Shown piece after piece: positions 18,969-28,382 of a DNA stretch of 64,000 nt. Source of the stretch: Flavobacteriales bacterium (GTDB lineage Bacteria > Bacteroidota > Bacteroidia > UBA10329). Location of the stretch: positions 2,553 to 66,552 of the forward strand of contig JAIPBJ010000001.1 in the NCBI GenBank assembly GCA_021739625.1, written 5' to 3'. The notes below the pieces were generated by a model, which worked only from the letters and a program-made list of their open reading frames with translations, searched no databases and was not told where the DNA came from. Numbering within the stretch: the first letter of the stretch is position 1; every line of letters starts with the position of its first letter. A program made the translations under genes and the position numbers.

Positions 18969-19966
18969 CCTTTTTTCCTTTTGAAGTAATCCCAGTGGAA
19001 CCAGAGCCGCACCTCCACAGTGGCGGCACCTGCTATCTCTGCCATCACAGGGTCGGTGTATATGGACGAGCCCGCCTGAAGGGTGACCCAGCTCTTTATC
19101 TGCCCACCAAGGGCGAAGGTCATCCGGTTATGATCGGCCAGTCCGAGTTGGAAGTAGGCCGCATCGCGATAAGTGATGGACAGGAAACCGGAGGCGAACC
19201 ACCGCTCCAACTCATTGTTGTGAACCATGATCTCAGGGGACAGTGTGAAGTCATCATCCACTTTGAAGTGATAGGCGGTCACAAAGTGGTGGAACCACAG
19301 CGTGGTGGGCATTCCGGCAAAGGCGAACGGGTCATCGGGGCCATATCTGAAATCGTAGTCGAATCGCAGTCTTTGCCAGTAATAACGCGTGCCCAGCTTG
19401 AAACCGATGCGATTCAAATCAGAGTGGTAGCGGCCATGGGTACTCTGATAGATGGCTCCATATCGCGGATCTATCATTTCCGGCCATAGCAGGTTGTCCT
19501 GGTCGAACTCGCCCAAATTCCATTGCAAACCGCCACCGAGTATGATGTGATGCTGGCCCATGTCGATCCTCCCCGAATGGGCGAAATACACCTGTTGGAG
19601 GATGTGCCTCCCCTCCTGCCTGCGCACATAGGCCAAGCCCGTCCCCCAGCGGTCTGAACGGATGCCGAAAGGCCCATCTATCGCCACGCGGTGCTCTTGG
19701 AATGCGTGTCTGTAGGTGCCGTCAGAGGCGTAGTAGCCCAGCGAGAGCTTCTCGGCCATGAAACCATAGCGCACATTCAACCGCCTATCGAACCCTGCCA
19801 GCGCTGGATTGCTCTCGAAAAAATGATGGATGCGGTTGTAGATGCGGCCCTCCTGACCGTAATTGATCGGTCTCCAAGATGAGGACGTCCAGACTCCGGT
19901 GGAATCCTGCGCCACGGCCAAGCTGTGTGCAAGGATCATCAGGAGGATGCAAAGTGCCTTTTGCAT
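18965..19966 (-). CDS. PorP/SprF-like T9SS outer-membrane protein (divergent)
   Basis: Signal peptide; 'NPALAG' and 'LLWPEMIDPRYG' motifs; beta-strand pattern; 4-bp overlap with the type B CTD gene. Confidence 0.6.
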   Translation of the reverse strand: MQKALCILLMILAHSLAVAQDSTGVWTSSSWRPINYGQEGRIYNRIHHFFESNPALAGFDRRLNVRYGFMAEKLSLGYYASDGTYRHAFQEHRVAIDGPFGIRSDRWGTGLAYVRRQEGRHILQQVYFAHSGRIDMGQHHIILGGGLQWNLGEFDQDNLLWPEMIDPRYGAIYQSTHGRYHSDLNRIGFKLGTRYYWQRLRFDYDFRYGPDDPFAFAGMPTTLWFHHFVTAYHFKVDDDFTLSPEIMVHNNELERWFASGFLSITYRDAAYFQLGLADHNRMTFALGGQIKSWVTLQAGSSIYTDPVMAEIAGAATVEVRLWFHWDYFKRKKG

Positions 19967-19987
19967 CCGTCCAAAGTAGCAAAATGG

Positions 19988-20467
19988 CTACTTGCTCAGC
20001 TGCACCGGATTTGTGCTGCCCGTGCGGTCCACCGGTTCCCCATTCAACACGAATGTCTTGGTCGTGTTGTGATAGCAGCAGCAGCAGTCGGTGGGGTAGA
20101 TGCCTTTGGTGGTGATGTCGGTGATGATGAATGCATTCTCGCGGCTGTTGTCGTAGATGCCATAGATGTGCGACAACGCCCCGGTCGTGAGATCGTTTGA
20201 AGTCAGCGGAATGAAGAACGTCAGGTCATTCTCAGAGAGCACATCCTTGAGATATATGGTATCGATCGGCTGTTCGAAATTTCCGGGATGGAATCTGAGC
20301 ACCGTGGCATTGCTCACCTCCTCAAATGTGAAGCTGCTGCGGTCGAATTCGAACTGAAGCCCGTTGATGAAAGCGACATCCGGTTCATTGCAGGCCACAT
20401 TGTAGCATTGGTCGCAACTTGAAAGGGCAATGGCCACAGTCACCAGACAGATCCATAATGCTTTCAT
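19988..20467 (-). CDS. Cys-rich hypothetical lipoprotein
   Basis: Lipobox LSSC; CDQC..AC near the N-terminus and DCCCCY near the C-terminus. TACCTTTG promoter (minus strand) at 20508-20515. Confidence 0.7.
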   Translation of the reverse strand: MKALWICLVTVAIALSSCDQCYNVACNEPDVAFINGLQFEFDRSSFTFEEVSNATVLRFHPGNFEQPIDTIYLKDVLSENDLTFFIPLTSNDLTTGALSHIYGIYDNSRENAFIITDITTKGIYPTDCCCCYHNTTKTFVLNGEPVDRTGSTNPVQLSK

Positions 20468-20565
20468 ACCGTGTAATTTATGCAGGGTTAATGTGCAATT
20501 GACAGGTCAAAGGTAGCCTATGCGTGAATCACGCACCGTGATGCGGTCAACCGTTGTCTCGCTGA

Positions 20566-20877
20566 TTATTCGTAAGGTGTGGCCGAAATCACCTCTGCAT
20601 CCTGTTCCAGTTTCAGCAGATGGCCGTCCAGTTCCTGGGCTGTGCAGGGCAGTATGAATAGGACGGTAAGCGGTTCGCGGCTCAGCTCTCTTACCATTTC
20701 AATGCGCAGCGCAGCATACTTGTAGGGCACGCGTTTGAGGCCCTCCATGCCTTTGAACGTGATGGCGATCTTGAATTGCTGCACTTCCTGCGCACGTTGT
20801 TCGATGACTGTGGGCGGGGCAGTTCTGCAGCCCGCGACCGATATGAGCAACAGCGGAATGAGCAAATGGACCTTCAC
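20566..20877 (-). CDS. Small hypothetical lipoprotein
   Basis: GTG start gives MKVHLLIPLLLISVAGC (lipobox). Confidence 0.55.
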   Translation of the reverse strand: MKVHLLIPLLLISVAGCRTAPPTVIEQRAQEVQQFKIAITFKGMEGLKRVPYKYAALRIEMVRELSREPLTVLFILPCTAQELDGHLLKLEQDAEVISATPYE

Positions 20878-20954
20878 GGTGCAAAGGTGTAAAAGTGCAG
20901 GGGGCCGAAGGTGGATTTCGCCTGACACTTGTCGGTCACCGTAGATTTGTCATC

Positions 20955-21716
20955 ATGACCATTCAACTCACATCAGAAGGCAGGGACTATCAGGTTGACC
21001 TTTCCAAAGGCATAGACCTCAGCATTGCCGTAACAGAAGGGCCGCAGGTGAATGCCTACTGGGCCAGCCCGACCGACATGGAACCCTTCCGCATGGGCGA
21101 TTGGGTGGGCGAGGTGAGGCAAGGCGGCAGTGTCAATTATCGCAACATACGGTTCAACCCGCATGGCAATGGCACGCATACCGAGTGCGTGGGCCATATC
21201 AGCCCGGAGATCCATAGCATCAACAGACATTTCAAACAGTTCCATTGCATCGCACAGCTGGCGAGCGTCCGACCGGAAGAACTTGCGAATGGCGACCGTG
21301 TCATCACAGCGGCCCTGTTGCATGGCGTTGGCCTACAGCGGGCCGAAGCGTTCATCATCCGCACGCTGCCCAATCCCGTCAGCAAGCGCACGCACAACTA
21401 TTCGGGCACCAACCCGCCCTATTTCACTGTGGATGCCATTGAGGCATTGATGCAGAACGGCTGTCGCCATCTGCTCACAGACCTTCCAAGTCTCGACCGC
21501 GAGCAGGACGAAGGCAAGTTGCTGTGTCACCGGGCATTTTGGAAGTATCCCGAGAATCCGCGCATGGACTGCACTATTACCGAGCTCATCTTCGTGCCCG
21601 ATGAGGCGGAGGACGGTCTGATTCTGTTGAATCTTCAGGTGGCTGCCTTCGAGAATGATGCGGCACCGAGCAGGCCTGTAATTTTTGAATTGATGGAGGG
21701 AAAACGTAGCTCCTGA
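20955..21716 (+). CDS. Cyclase-family metal hydrolase (kynurenine formamidase-like)
   Basis: HGNGTHTECVGH (HxGTH-like), DLPSLD, TITELI, DAAPSRP. TAGATTTG promoter at 20942-20949. Confidence 0.85.
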   Translation: MTIQLTSEGRDYQVDLSKGIDLSIAVTEGPQVNAYWASPTDMEPFRMGDWVGEVRQGGSVNYRNIRFNPHGNGTHTECVGHISPEIHSINRHFKQFHCIAQLASVRPEELANGDRVITAALLHGVGLQRAEAFIIRTLPNPVSKRTHNYSGTNPPYFTVDAIEALMQNGCRHLLTDLPSLDREQDEGKLLCHRAFWKYPENPRMDCTITELIFVPDEAEDGLILLNLQVAAFENDAAPSRPVIFELMEGKRSS

Positions 21717-21725
21717 CCGCCCGTT

Positions 21726-23810
21726 TCAGTACATCCCGCTCCGTTTCCGGACGAACCATTCCACCGCCAACAGCAGCAGAATGACCGCGAACAGCCAGCG
21801 CAGGTGAATGGCCTCTTTGAACCAGGTCTGCTCATAGATCACATTGCGCACATCGTCACGCGCAGCGATCACTTCGGCCAGCTGTTCCATTTCCGATGGG
21901 GTGAAGACCTCTCCGCCCGTCTGCGATGCAAGGCGATGCAGCAGCCCGTGGTCGGCAGTGGTGTTCACACTTTCCAAAGTGAGGGCCGCCACCATGAAAC
22001 GTCCTTTGGCCTCGTGAACCTTGCCAGCATGGTTGACCGATGCCGCATAGCTGTAGCTGCCGGCCTTGAAGCTGCCCACGTTGAGGCGGTAGGCCGTTTC
22101 GGTGCGATTGAAGGTGTAAGCGTATTCCTTGCCTGCCTCATCGCGGATGGACAGGATCACATCCGGGCCATTGAGCGGTTCGTAGGTCTCGTCATAAAGC
22201 TCGCAGCCGAAGATGACCTGCTCGTCCTCTGTGTAGCGGTTGCGCGTGCTGACGCGGAAAAGACTCTTGTCGGTCTTCACGGCCAGATACTGCACCACTT
22301 TCGACATCAGCCCATCGAACACTTCATGAGATGCATTGTCCTGAAAATCCTTGATGCGCCAACGCCAGATGCCATCACCGGCAATGATGCCCAGCTTGCG
22401 GCCCGAAAGGTCGTTGAACAGCAGCAGCGGGTGCTCGGTCTCCACATTGCCTATGCGCTGCAGGAACAGCGATTGGGCCGAACCTGATGCGCTGAACTCA
22501 CCGAACGGAACATTGAGCGGTGGAAACCGGTTGAGCATCCTGCGCAGGTCGGCATCCACAGCAAAAAGTGAGAACCCTTTCGCCATCACCGGTTGCACCT
22601 GATTCTGTGCTCTTCGTCCAGCCGTCACCTTCAGCCCGAGGTTGAGGGCGTTGAATGCGGTGAGGTCTGTGGCCGGACCGACAATGGCGAGCAACGGAAC
22701 ATCATCGGCCATGATACGTGCCAGTTCGGCACGGCCCTCCGCTCCGCTGCTCGGCAATTGGTGCAGAATGATGAGGTCGTATTTCTCTGGAACCACATCG
22801 CCCTGTCCGGCAATCACGACCTCCACACCATAGTTGCGGTTGCTGGAAATGGAGCGTCTCAGCACGGCTATGTCAGGGTGGGGCGATGCTGCAAGAACAA
22901 GCACCTGCTGCCGTCCGTCCAATACTTCCACGAACACATCCTGCGTGTTGTTCGCGTATGAAAGTTCGTCAGGAAGTGATTGTACGGTCACCCGCAGGCG
23001 GTTGAGACCCGGTGAGTCAGCTTTCAATTTTGCACCCAATGTTTTGCGGAATGACGCAGTTCCGATGGAGACCCGCTCTTCCCAAAGCAGACCATGCTCA
23101 CCATTTATCTGTACCGATACATTCTGCCCCTTGAATTGCTCCGCCTCCACGGTCACTTCCACGGGATATTCATTGCCGAGATAGGCATATCGGTTGTGAT
23201 CCACCTTAGAGAGAACGATGTCCTTCTTCACCGAAGTATCACCCAAGGCAATGGCATAGAGCGGTGCATTGAGCCTCAACGGACTGTAAACAGGGTCGGC
23301 TCCACGGTTGAAAATGCCGTCAGATGCGAGGATGACAGCCCCAACATTCCGGTTAGCGAAGCGGTTGTCCAGCTCAGCGAACAGCTGTGAATAATCGGTG
23401 CGGCCCTCCGAAAAAATCACGTCACCGTCCGGCTCGACCTTTGACCCGAAACTGAACTGCCGGACATCGAAATCCTTTGACAGCGATGCGCGCAATGCTT
23501 CCAACTGCTCCAGATAGGTGGTGCGATAGAATGTTGAATCGGCATTCAATGGAACGGATCCTGAGTTGTCCTGTGCGATGATGATGATGGGCTTCTCGGT
23601 GCGTTTCTGTGTGGTGCGCAGCAAAGGCCCGAGCAGCAGAAGTGCGATGATGAACACCGCCATGCCACGCAGAACCGCCAGAGTCCGCAGCGTCCATTCG
23701 GGCAACTCGGCAGCGCGCTGTTCGCGGAAATACATGCCCACAGCGTAGCCAGCACCTGCAATGATGCACGGAATGATGAGCCAGACGGGGTATTGAAAGA
23801 TGATATCCAC
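21726..23810 (-). CDS. Membrane-anchored VWA-domain protein
   Basis: N-terminal TM helices, DNSGS (DxSxS) and SDG MIDAS elements, C-terminal 'LLAVEWFVRKRSG'. TAAGTTTG promoter (minus strand) at 23863-23870. Confidence 0.8.
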   Translation of the reverse strand: MDIIFQYPVWLIIPCIIAGAGYAVGMYFREQRAAELPEWTLRTLAVLRGMAVFIIALLLLGPLLRTTQKRTEKPIIIIAQDNSGSVPLNADSTFYRTTYLEQLEALRASLSKDFDVRQFSFGSKVEPDGDVIFSEGRTDYSQLFAELDNRFANRNVGAVILASDGIFNRGADPVYSPLRLNAPLYAIALGDTSVKKDIVLSKVDHNRYAYLGNEYPVEVTVEAEQFKGQNVSVQINGEHGLLWEERVSIGTASFRKTLGAKLKADSPGLNRLRVTVQSLPDELSYANNTQDVFVEVLDGRQQVLVLAASPHPDIAVLRRSISSNRNYGVEVVIAGQGDVVPEKYDLIILHQLPSSGAEGRAELARIMADDVPLLAIVGPATDLTAFNALNLGLKVTAGRRAQNQVQPVMAKGFSLFAVDADLRRMLNRFPPLNVPFGEFSASGSAQSLFLQRIGNVETEHPLLLFNDLSGRKLGIIAGDGIWRWRIKDFQDNASHEVFDGLMSKVVQYLAVKTDKSLFRVSTRNRYTEDEQVIFGCELYDETYEPLNGPDVILSIRDEAGKEYAYTFNRTETAYRLNVGSFKAGSYSYAASVNHAGKVHEAKGRFMVAALTLESVNTTADHGLLHRLASQTGGEVFTPSEMEQLAEVIAARDDVRNVIYEQTWFKEAIHLRWLFAVILLLLAVEWFVRKRSGMY

Positions 23811-23943
23811 CAGAGAGTACGGTTCCCACGCGCTAAAGTCAGAACCTGTGCGCAGGGGGCCGCAAACTTACGTGACTTGCAGACGCCTTCGGGCGACAGT
23901 GTCCCAAACTTCAATAGGCGGCTTCAGCGCAACGCTCCCGGAC

Positions 23944-24591
23944 CTACTTGAAGGTGAACCCGAGATTGATGATCAATCGGTGCTGCTTGTCACTGGTGGT
24001 GACGTCCTGCCACAGGAGGGAGGCATTGACGACCTCGCGCTGGTCTGTGCGAAGGAACTGATAGGCCAGCCCGATATTGAAAAGGGCCTTTTCCCCGACC
24101 TTGAATGCCATGCCCAATGAGGGTTCTGCAAAAATGCCATCCCATTTGTAGTAATCAGTGGAAAGGAGATCGTTCGTGTTCTGATTGAGGGTGTAGTTAT
24201 ATCCCAATCGGAGGTCTGTAAATGGCCTGAAACGTCCTTTGGCAAAGTGCAGTCGCAACTGGCCAAAGCCCATCACGTTGTGCTGATAGGGCAGCGGGTC
24301 CTCATTGGCCTGAAACTGATAGCCTGCACCTGCACCGACAAAGATCAGGTCGAAAAGCATCACCCCAAATGAGGTCATCAGCCTTGGAGCTGGTATCTTG
24401 TAGGTCTCGGGATTGCTGGTGGCCGACTGTTCGTTCCCGAGTATGTCTGTGTAAGTGAGCTCGCGGGTGGTATTTCCAACCTGAAATCCTGCTCCGAGTT
24501 CGGTGATGTTGGAGAAACGCACATTGCCCTGTCCAAGCACGGTGGAAATGGAGAGCACCAGTATGATACTGAGGATGGATGTGATTTTCAT
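23944..24591 (-). CDS. Small outer-membrane beta-barrel protein
   Basis: Signal peptide MKITSILSIILVLSISTVLG; amphipathic strands; ends INLGFTFK. The tracked ORF's upstream extension overlaps thiL and is not used. Confidence 0.7.
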   Translation of the reverse strand: MKITSILSIILVLSISTVLGQGNVRFSNITELGAGFQVGNTTRELTYTDILGNEQSATSNPETYKIPAPRLMTSFGVMLFDLIFVGAGAGYQFQANEDPLPYQHNVMGFGQLRLHFAKGRFRPFTDLRLGYNYTLNQNTNDLLSTDYYKWDGIFAEPSLGMAFKVGEKALFNIGLAYQFLRTDQREVVNASLLWQDVTTSDKQHRLIINLGFTFK

Positions 24592-24757
24592 GTCCTTTGA
24601 GATAAGGTTGCCATGGGGGATGGACCGAATGATCCGGTTCGGGGCAAAGCACGGAAAATTGATTGTCATCTGCCTTGATGTAATCGAGTGGTAATTCTTA
24701 GAACATGATGGTAGGCCATGAAAGCCATAGGTTTGCAGCCCATCAGAAGAAAGGCAA

Positions 24758-25789
24758 ATGCTCGAAGGCAACGGACGTACTGAACTTGAAAAATTGGGCG
24801 AATTCGGCCTCATAGACCACATCGCGGCAAGTGTGACACTGCAGAACCCTTCATCGCTCATTGGTATTGGCGATGATGCTGCTGTGATCGGAGAGGGTGA
24901 CAGGCGCACTCTGGTAAGCACAGATATGCTGGTGGAAGGTGTTCATTTCGACCTTGGCTATGTGCCGCTGAAACATCTGGGATACAAGGCCATAGTGGTG
25001 AATCTGAGCGACATCTGCGCGATGAACGGAAGACCCGAACAGGTCACCGTGAGCATCGCCCTGAGCAACCGCTTCCCTTTGGAGGCCATTGAGGAACTGT
25101 ACAGCGGTATTCTGATGGCCTGCGAGAAATACAAGGTGGACCTTGTGGGTGGCGATACCACCAGTTCCACCTCTGGCCTGGTCATCAGCGTCACCGTCAT
25201 TGGCACTGTGGCTCCTCAGGACATGGTGCTTCGAAGCGGTGCAAGGCCCACCGACCTCATCTGTGTCTCTGGCGATCTGGGTGCAGCATATCTGGGTCTT
25301 CAGATATTGGAGCGTGAAAAGCGTATTTTCGTTGAGAATCCGTCCATTCAGCCAGACCTTACGGGCCATGATTATATCCTCGAACGCCAACTGAAGCCAG
25401 AGGCCCGCACCGACATCATTGATATGCTGCGACAGGAGGGTGTGATCCCCACCTCAATGATCGACATCTCTGACGGGCTGAGTTCGGAGCTGATGCACAT
25501 CTGCAAGCAGAGCAACGTGGGCTGTAGGGTCTATACGGAGCGCATTCCGATCGATGCTGCGACAGGACTTGCCGCAGAGGAACTACACCTTGATGTGCTT
25601 ACCTGTGCGCTCAACGGGGGTGAGGATTATGAACTGCTTTTCACCGCAAGCATCAGGGCGCACGACCGCATCAAGGACAATCCCGCCATGCACATCATCG
25701 GCCATGTGACCGAATCTTCTGACGGAGTGAATCTGGTGAGCGGTGGCAGTCTCATCCCCTTGAAAGCGCAGGGGTGGAGGCATCTATGA
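24758..25789 (+). CDS. thiL: Thiamine-monophosphate kinase
   Basis: GEFGLI, GIGDDAAV, STDMLVEGVHF, NLSDICAM, GGDT, MIDISDGL, GGEDYELLFT. Confidence 0.95.
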   Translation: MLEGNGRTELEKLGEFGLIDHIAASVTLQNPSSLIGIGDDAAVIGEGDRRTLVSTDMLVEGVHFDLGYVPLKHLGYKAIVVNLSDICAMNGRPEQVTVSIALSNRFPLEAIEELYSGILMACEKYKVDLVGGDTTSSTSGLVISVTVIGTVAPQDMVLRSGARPTDLICVSGDLGAAYLGLQILEREKRIFVENPSIQPDLTGHDYILERQLKPEARTDIIDMLRQEGVIPTSMIDISDGLSSELMHICKQSNVGCRVYTERIPIDAATGLAAEELHLDVLTCALNGGEDYELLFTASIRAHDRIKDNPAMHIIGHVTESSDGVNLVSGGSLIPLKAQGWRHL

Positions 25790-25943
25790 TGCATGCCTTA
25801 TCCAGCTTTGTCTGATGAGGCGGAAGTAAGTGAGCATGTTCAGTCCAAGGCCAAGATCGGCAATTATGGCCAACCCTGTCAAATTTACTAATATCGGATA
25901 ATGTGAATAAAGAACCAAAACGATTGATTACCTTTGTGGGGTC

Positions 25944-26897
25944 ATGTGGAAAGTTGACCTGTCCGATATTATTGAACTGCAAGCGAACATCGATCGCCTT
26001 GAGGAGAAGAAAAAGCTCCTTGATGCGAAGCGCCCTTTGGCGCAGGTGGCCCTCGAAAGGCTGCGTGAGGCCATCAATGTGGAGTGGACCTATAATTCCA
26101 ACAGCATTGAAGGCAATACGCTTACCCTGAATGAGACCAGAATAGTGCTTGAAGATGGCATGACTGTGAAGGGCAAATCCATGCGCGAGCATTTTGAGGT
26201 GACGAACCACCATGATGCTATCGCGCATCTTGAAAAGTTGGTAATATCGGATTCGCCCATTTTGGAGCAGGAAGTATTGCATCTTCATTCGCTGGTGATG
26301 TTGCGCATTGAAAAGGACTTTGCAGGGCGGCTTCGTAATGCTGGCGTACGCATAGTCGGGGCGAATTTCACTCCGCCCAATGCGCTGAAAGTTCCTGATC
26401 TGCTGTCTGAACTCATTGATTTTGTGAATGCGAATGAGATGGGGCTGAGTCCTATTGTGTTGGCCTCAGTGTTCCATCATAGGTTCGTTTGGATACATCC
26501 CTTCTTTGATGGGAATGGCCGCACTGTGCGTTTGGTTATGAATCTTCTGTTGATGCGGAAGGGTTATCCGCCTGCCATCATTCTCAAGAATGACCGCAAG
26601 AAGTACTATGATGCGCTCAATAGGGCCAATGGCGGTTCATATGCCAAGCTGGTTCTGCTGATGGTGCAGGCCATGGAACGCTCATTGGACATCTATCTCA
26701 GCCTTTATCCGGAGATGGAGGAGTATCGCCCGATTTCCAACATTGTGGCTGAAAGCCCTAAGCGTTATGGGCAGGAGTATGTGAGCCTGTTAGCGCGACA
26801 GGGCAAGATAGATGCCTACAAGGAGGGGCGAAATTGGTTCACCACGGAAGCGGCCATCAGGGAATATGTGGTGAATAGGAAGCGGAAAAGGAAATGA
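25944..26897 (+). CDS. Fic-family AMPylase (class II, N-terminal inhibitory helix) with C-terminal helix-turn-helix
   Basis: Intact HPFFDGNGRTVR; SNSIEGN inhibitory (S/T)xxxE(G/N) motif; C-terminal 'YGQEYVSLLARQGKIDAYKEGRNWFTT'. TACCTTTG at 25929-25936; lower GC than neighbours. Confidence 0.88.
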   Translation: MWKVDLSDIIELQANIDRLEEKKKLLDAKRPLAQVALERLREAINVEWTYNSNSIEGNTLTLNETRIVLEDGMTVKGKSMREHFEVTNHHDAIAHLEKLVISDSPILEQEVLHLHSLVMLRIEKDFAGRLRNAGVRIVGANFTPPNALKVPDLLSELIDFVNANEMGLSPIVLASVFHHRFVWIHPFFDGNGRTVRLVMNLLLMRKGYPPAIILKNDRKKYYDALNRANGGSYAKLVLLMVQAMERSLDIYLSLYPEMEEYRPISNIVAESPKRYGQEYVSLLARQGKIDAYKEGRNWFTTEAAIREYVVNRKRKRK

Positions 26898-26900
26898 GAT

Positions 26901-28274
26901 TCAAATAATCTCAAAATACCTTTTCGTCTCCCAATCTGTCACGGCCTTGGAGAACTCGCGCCACTCCCATTCGCGGGTGGCTGTGAAGTGGGCCACGAAG
27001 TCGGCACCGAACAGCTCGTTGGCAATGTCGGAATTCTTCATGGCCTGCGTGGCGTCCCATAGGTTACGGGGCAGAAGTCCGGCACCTTTGTCGCGGTAGC
27101 CGCTGCCGATGGTCTCGGTGGTGGAGAGTTTCAGGTTGTGTTTGATGCCATAGAGCCCGGCAGCGAGGCAGGCGGCCATGGCGAGATATGGGTTGGTGTC
27201 AGATCCAACGACCCGCGTTTCCAACCGACAGCTCTTCTCACCTTCGGGCAGGGCGCGCAGGGCCACGGTGCGGTTGTCCGTTGCCCAAGTGAGTGTGGTG
27301 GGCGCCCATGCGCCTTCCACCAAGCGCTTGTAGCTGTTGATGGTGGGCGCGATCATCGGCAGTATGTGCGGCAGGCAATGCAGTTGGCCCGCCATGTAGC
27401 TCTCCATCACCTTGCTCATTTTCTTGCGGCCTTTAGCATCGAAAAAGAGGTTCTTCTTGGCCTTGATGTCCCATAGGCTCTGATGGACGTGGCCGCTACA
27501 ACCAGGCAGGGCGGGACTGATCTTGGCCATGAAGGTGGGCATGATGCCATGCAGGTGAGCGATCTCCTTGACGCCCGTTTTGAACAGCACGGCACGGTCG
27601 GCAGCGGTGAGGATGTCCGAATAGAGAATGGCGGCCTCATACACGCCTGGGCCGGTTTCGGTGTGGAGGCCTTCTATCGGCACATCGAAGTCTTCCAACA
27701 GGTCGAACAGATCGGTGAAGAACTCGCTGTTCTGCGAGCTGCGCACGATGGAATAGCCGAACATGCCGGGCGTCAGTGGCTGCAAGTTGGCGAAGCCTTT
27801 CTCCTTGAGGCTGTCGGCATCTTCGCGGAAATTGAACCACTCGAACTCTTGCGAGAAGAAAGGCTTGTAGCCCATCTGCTCGGCTCGGTCGCGGACGGTC
27901 TTGAGCAGGCTGCGCGGACACACCTGCAACGGCCCGCCCTTGGCATCGCGGAAATCGGCCAGGAAGAAAGGGATGCCGCTCTGCCATGGCACCTTGCGGA
28001 AGGTGGCAAGGTCGATCTGGGCCTGCGCATCGGGATAGCCGGTGTGCCAGCCGGTGTAGGTGACGTTGTCGTAGGCGACATCGCCACTGTCCCACCCGAA
28101 GACCACATCGCAGAAGCCGAAACCGCTTTCCGCCACAGAGAGGAACTTGTCCTTACGCATCACCTTGCCGCGCAGCACACCATCAATGTCTACCACCGCC
28201 ACCTTCACCTTGAGGTGCGGGGAGTTGCGGATCTCGTTCAGGATCTGTTCTTGGGAGAGGGTTGCTTCTTTCAT
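26901..28274 (-). CDS. Glutamine synthetase-like gamma-glutamylating ligase (GlnA4/PuuA-like)
   Basis: DIDGVLRGK, EFEWF, HTETGPGVYE, TFMAK, GCSGHVHQSL, PTINSYKRL, DNRT, RLETR, NPYL. A GS-like rather than canonical GSI-beta sequence. Confidence 0.88.
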   Translation of the reverse strand: MKEATLSQEQILNEIRNSPHLKVKVAVVDIDGVLRGKVMRKDKFLSVAESGFGFCDVVFGWDSGDVAYDNVTYTGWHTGYPDAQAQIDLATFRKVPWQSGIPFFLADFRDAKGGPLQVCPRSLLKTVRDRAEQMGYKPFFSQEFEWFNFREDADSLKEKGFANLQPLTPGMFGYSIVRSSQNSEFFTDLFDLLEDFDVPIEGLHTETGPGVYEAAILYSDILTAADRAVLFKTGVKEIAHLHGIMPTFMAKISPALPGCSGHVHQSLWDIKAKKNLFFDAKGRKKMSKVMESYMAGQLHCLPHILPMIAPTINSYKRLVEGAWAPTTLTWATDNRTVALRALPEGEKSCRLETRVVGSDTNPYLAMAACLAAGLYGIKHNLKLSTTETIGSGYRDKGAGLLPRNLWDATQAMKNSDIANELFGADFVAHFTATREWEWREFSKAVTDWETKRYFEII

Positions 28275-28382
28275 GGGTAGTGTGTCAACGCATTACGGAT
28301 GCTGCGAATGTACGAATGGGAGTGAAGGAAGACCTTCGGGGGTCTTAGCAGAACAGATTTGGTCGGCCCGACCATACATCCA

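Noticed and set aside
24592-24757. TPP riboswitch upstream of thiL
   Set aside because: No GCTGAGA/CCTGA core seen; this is a short divergent promoter region.
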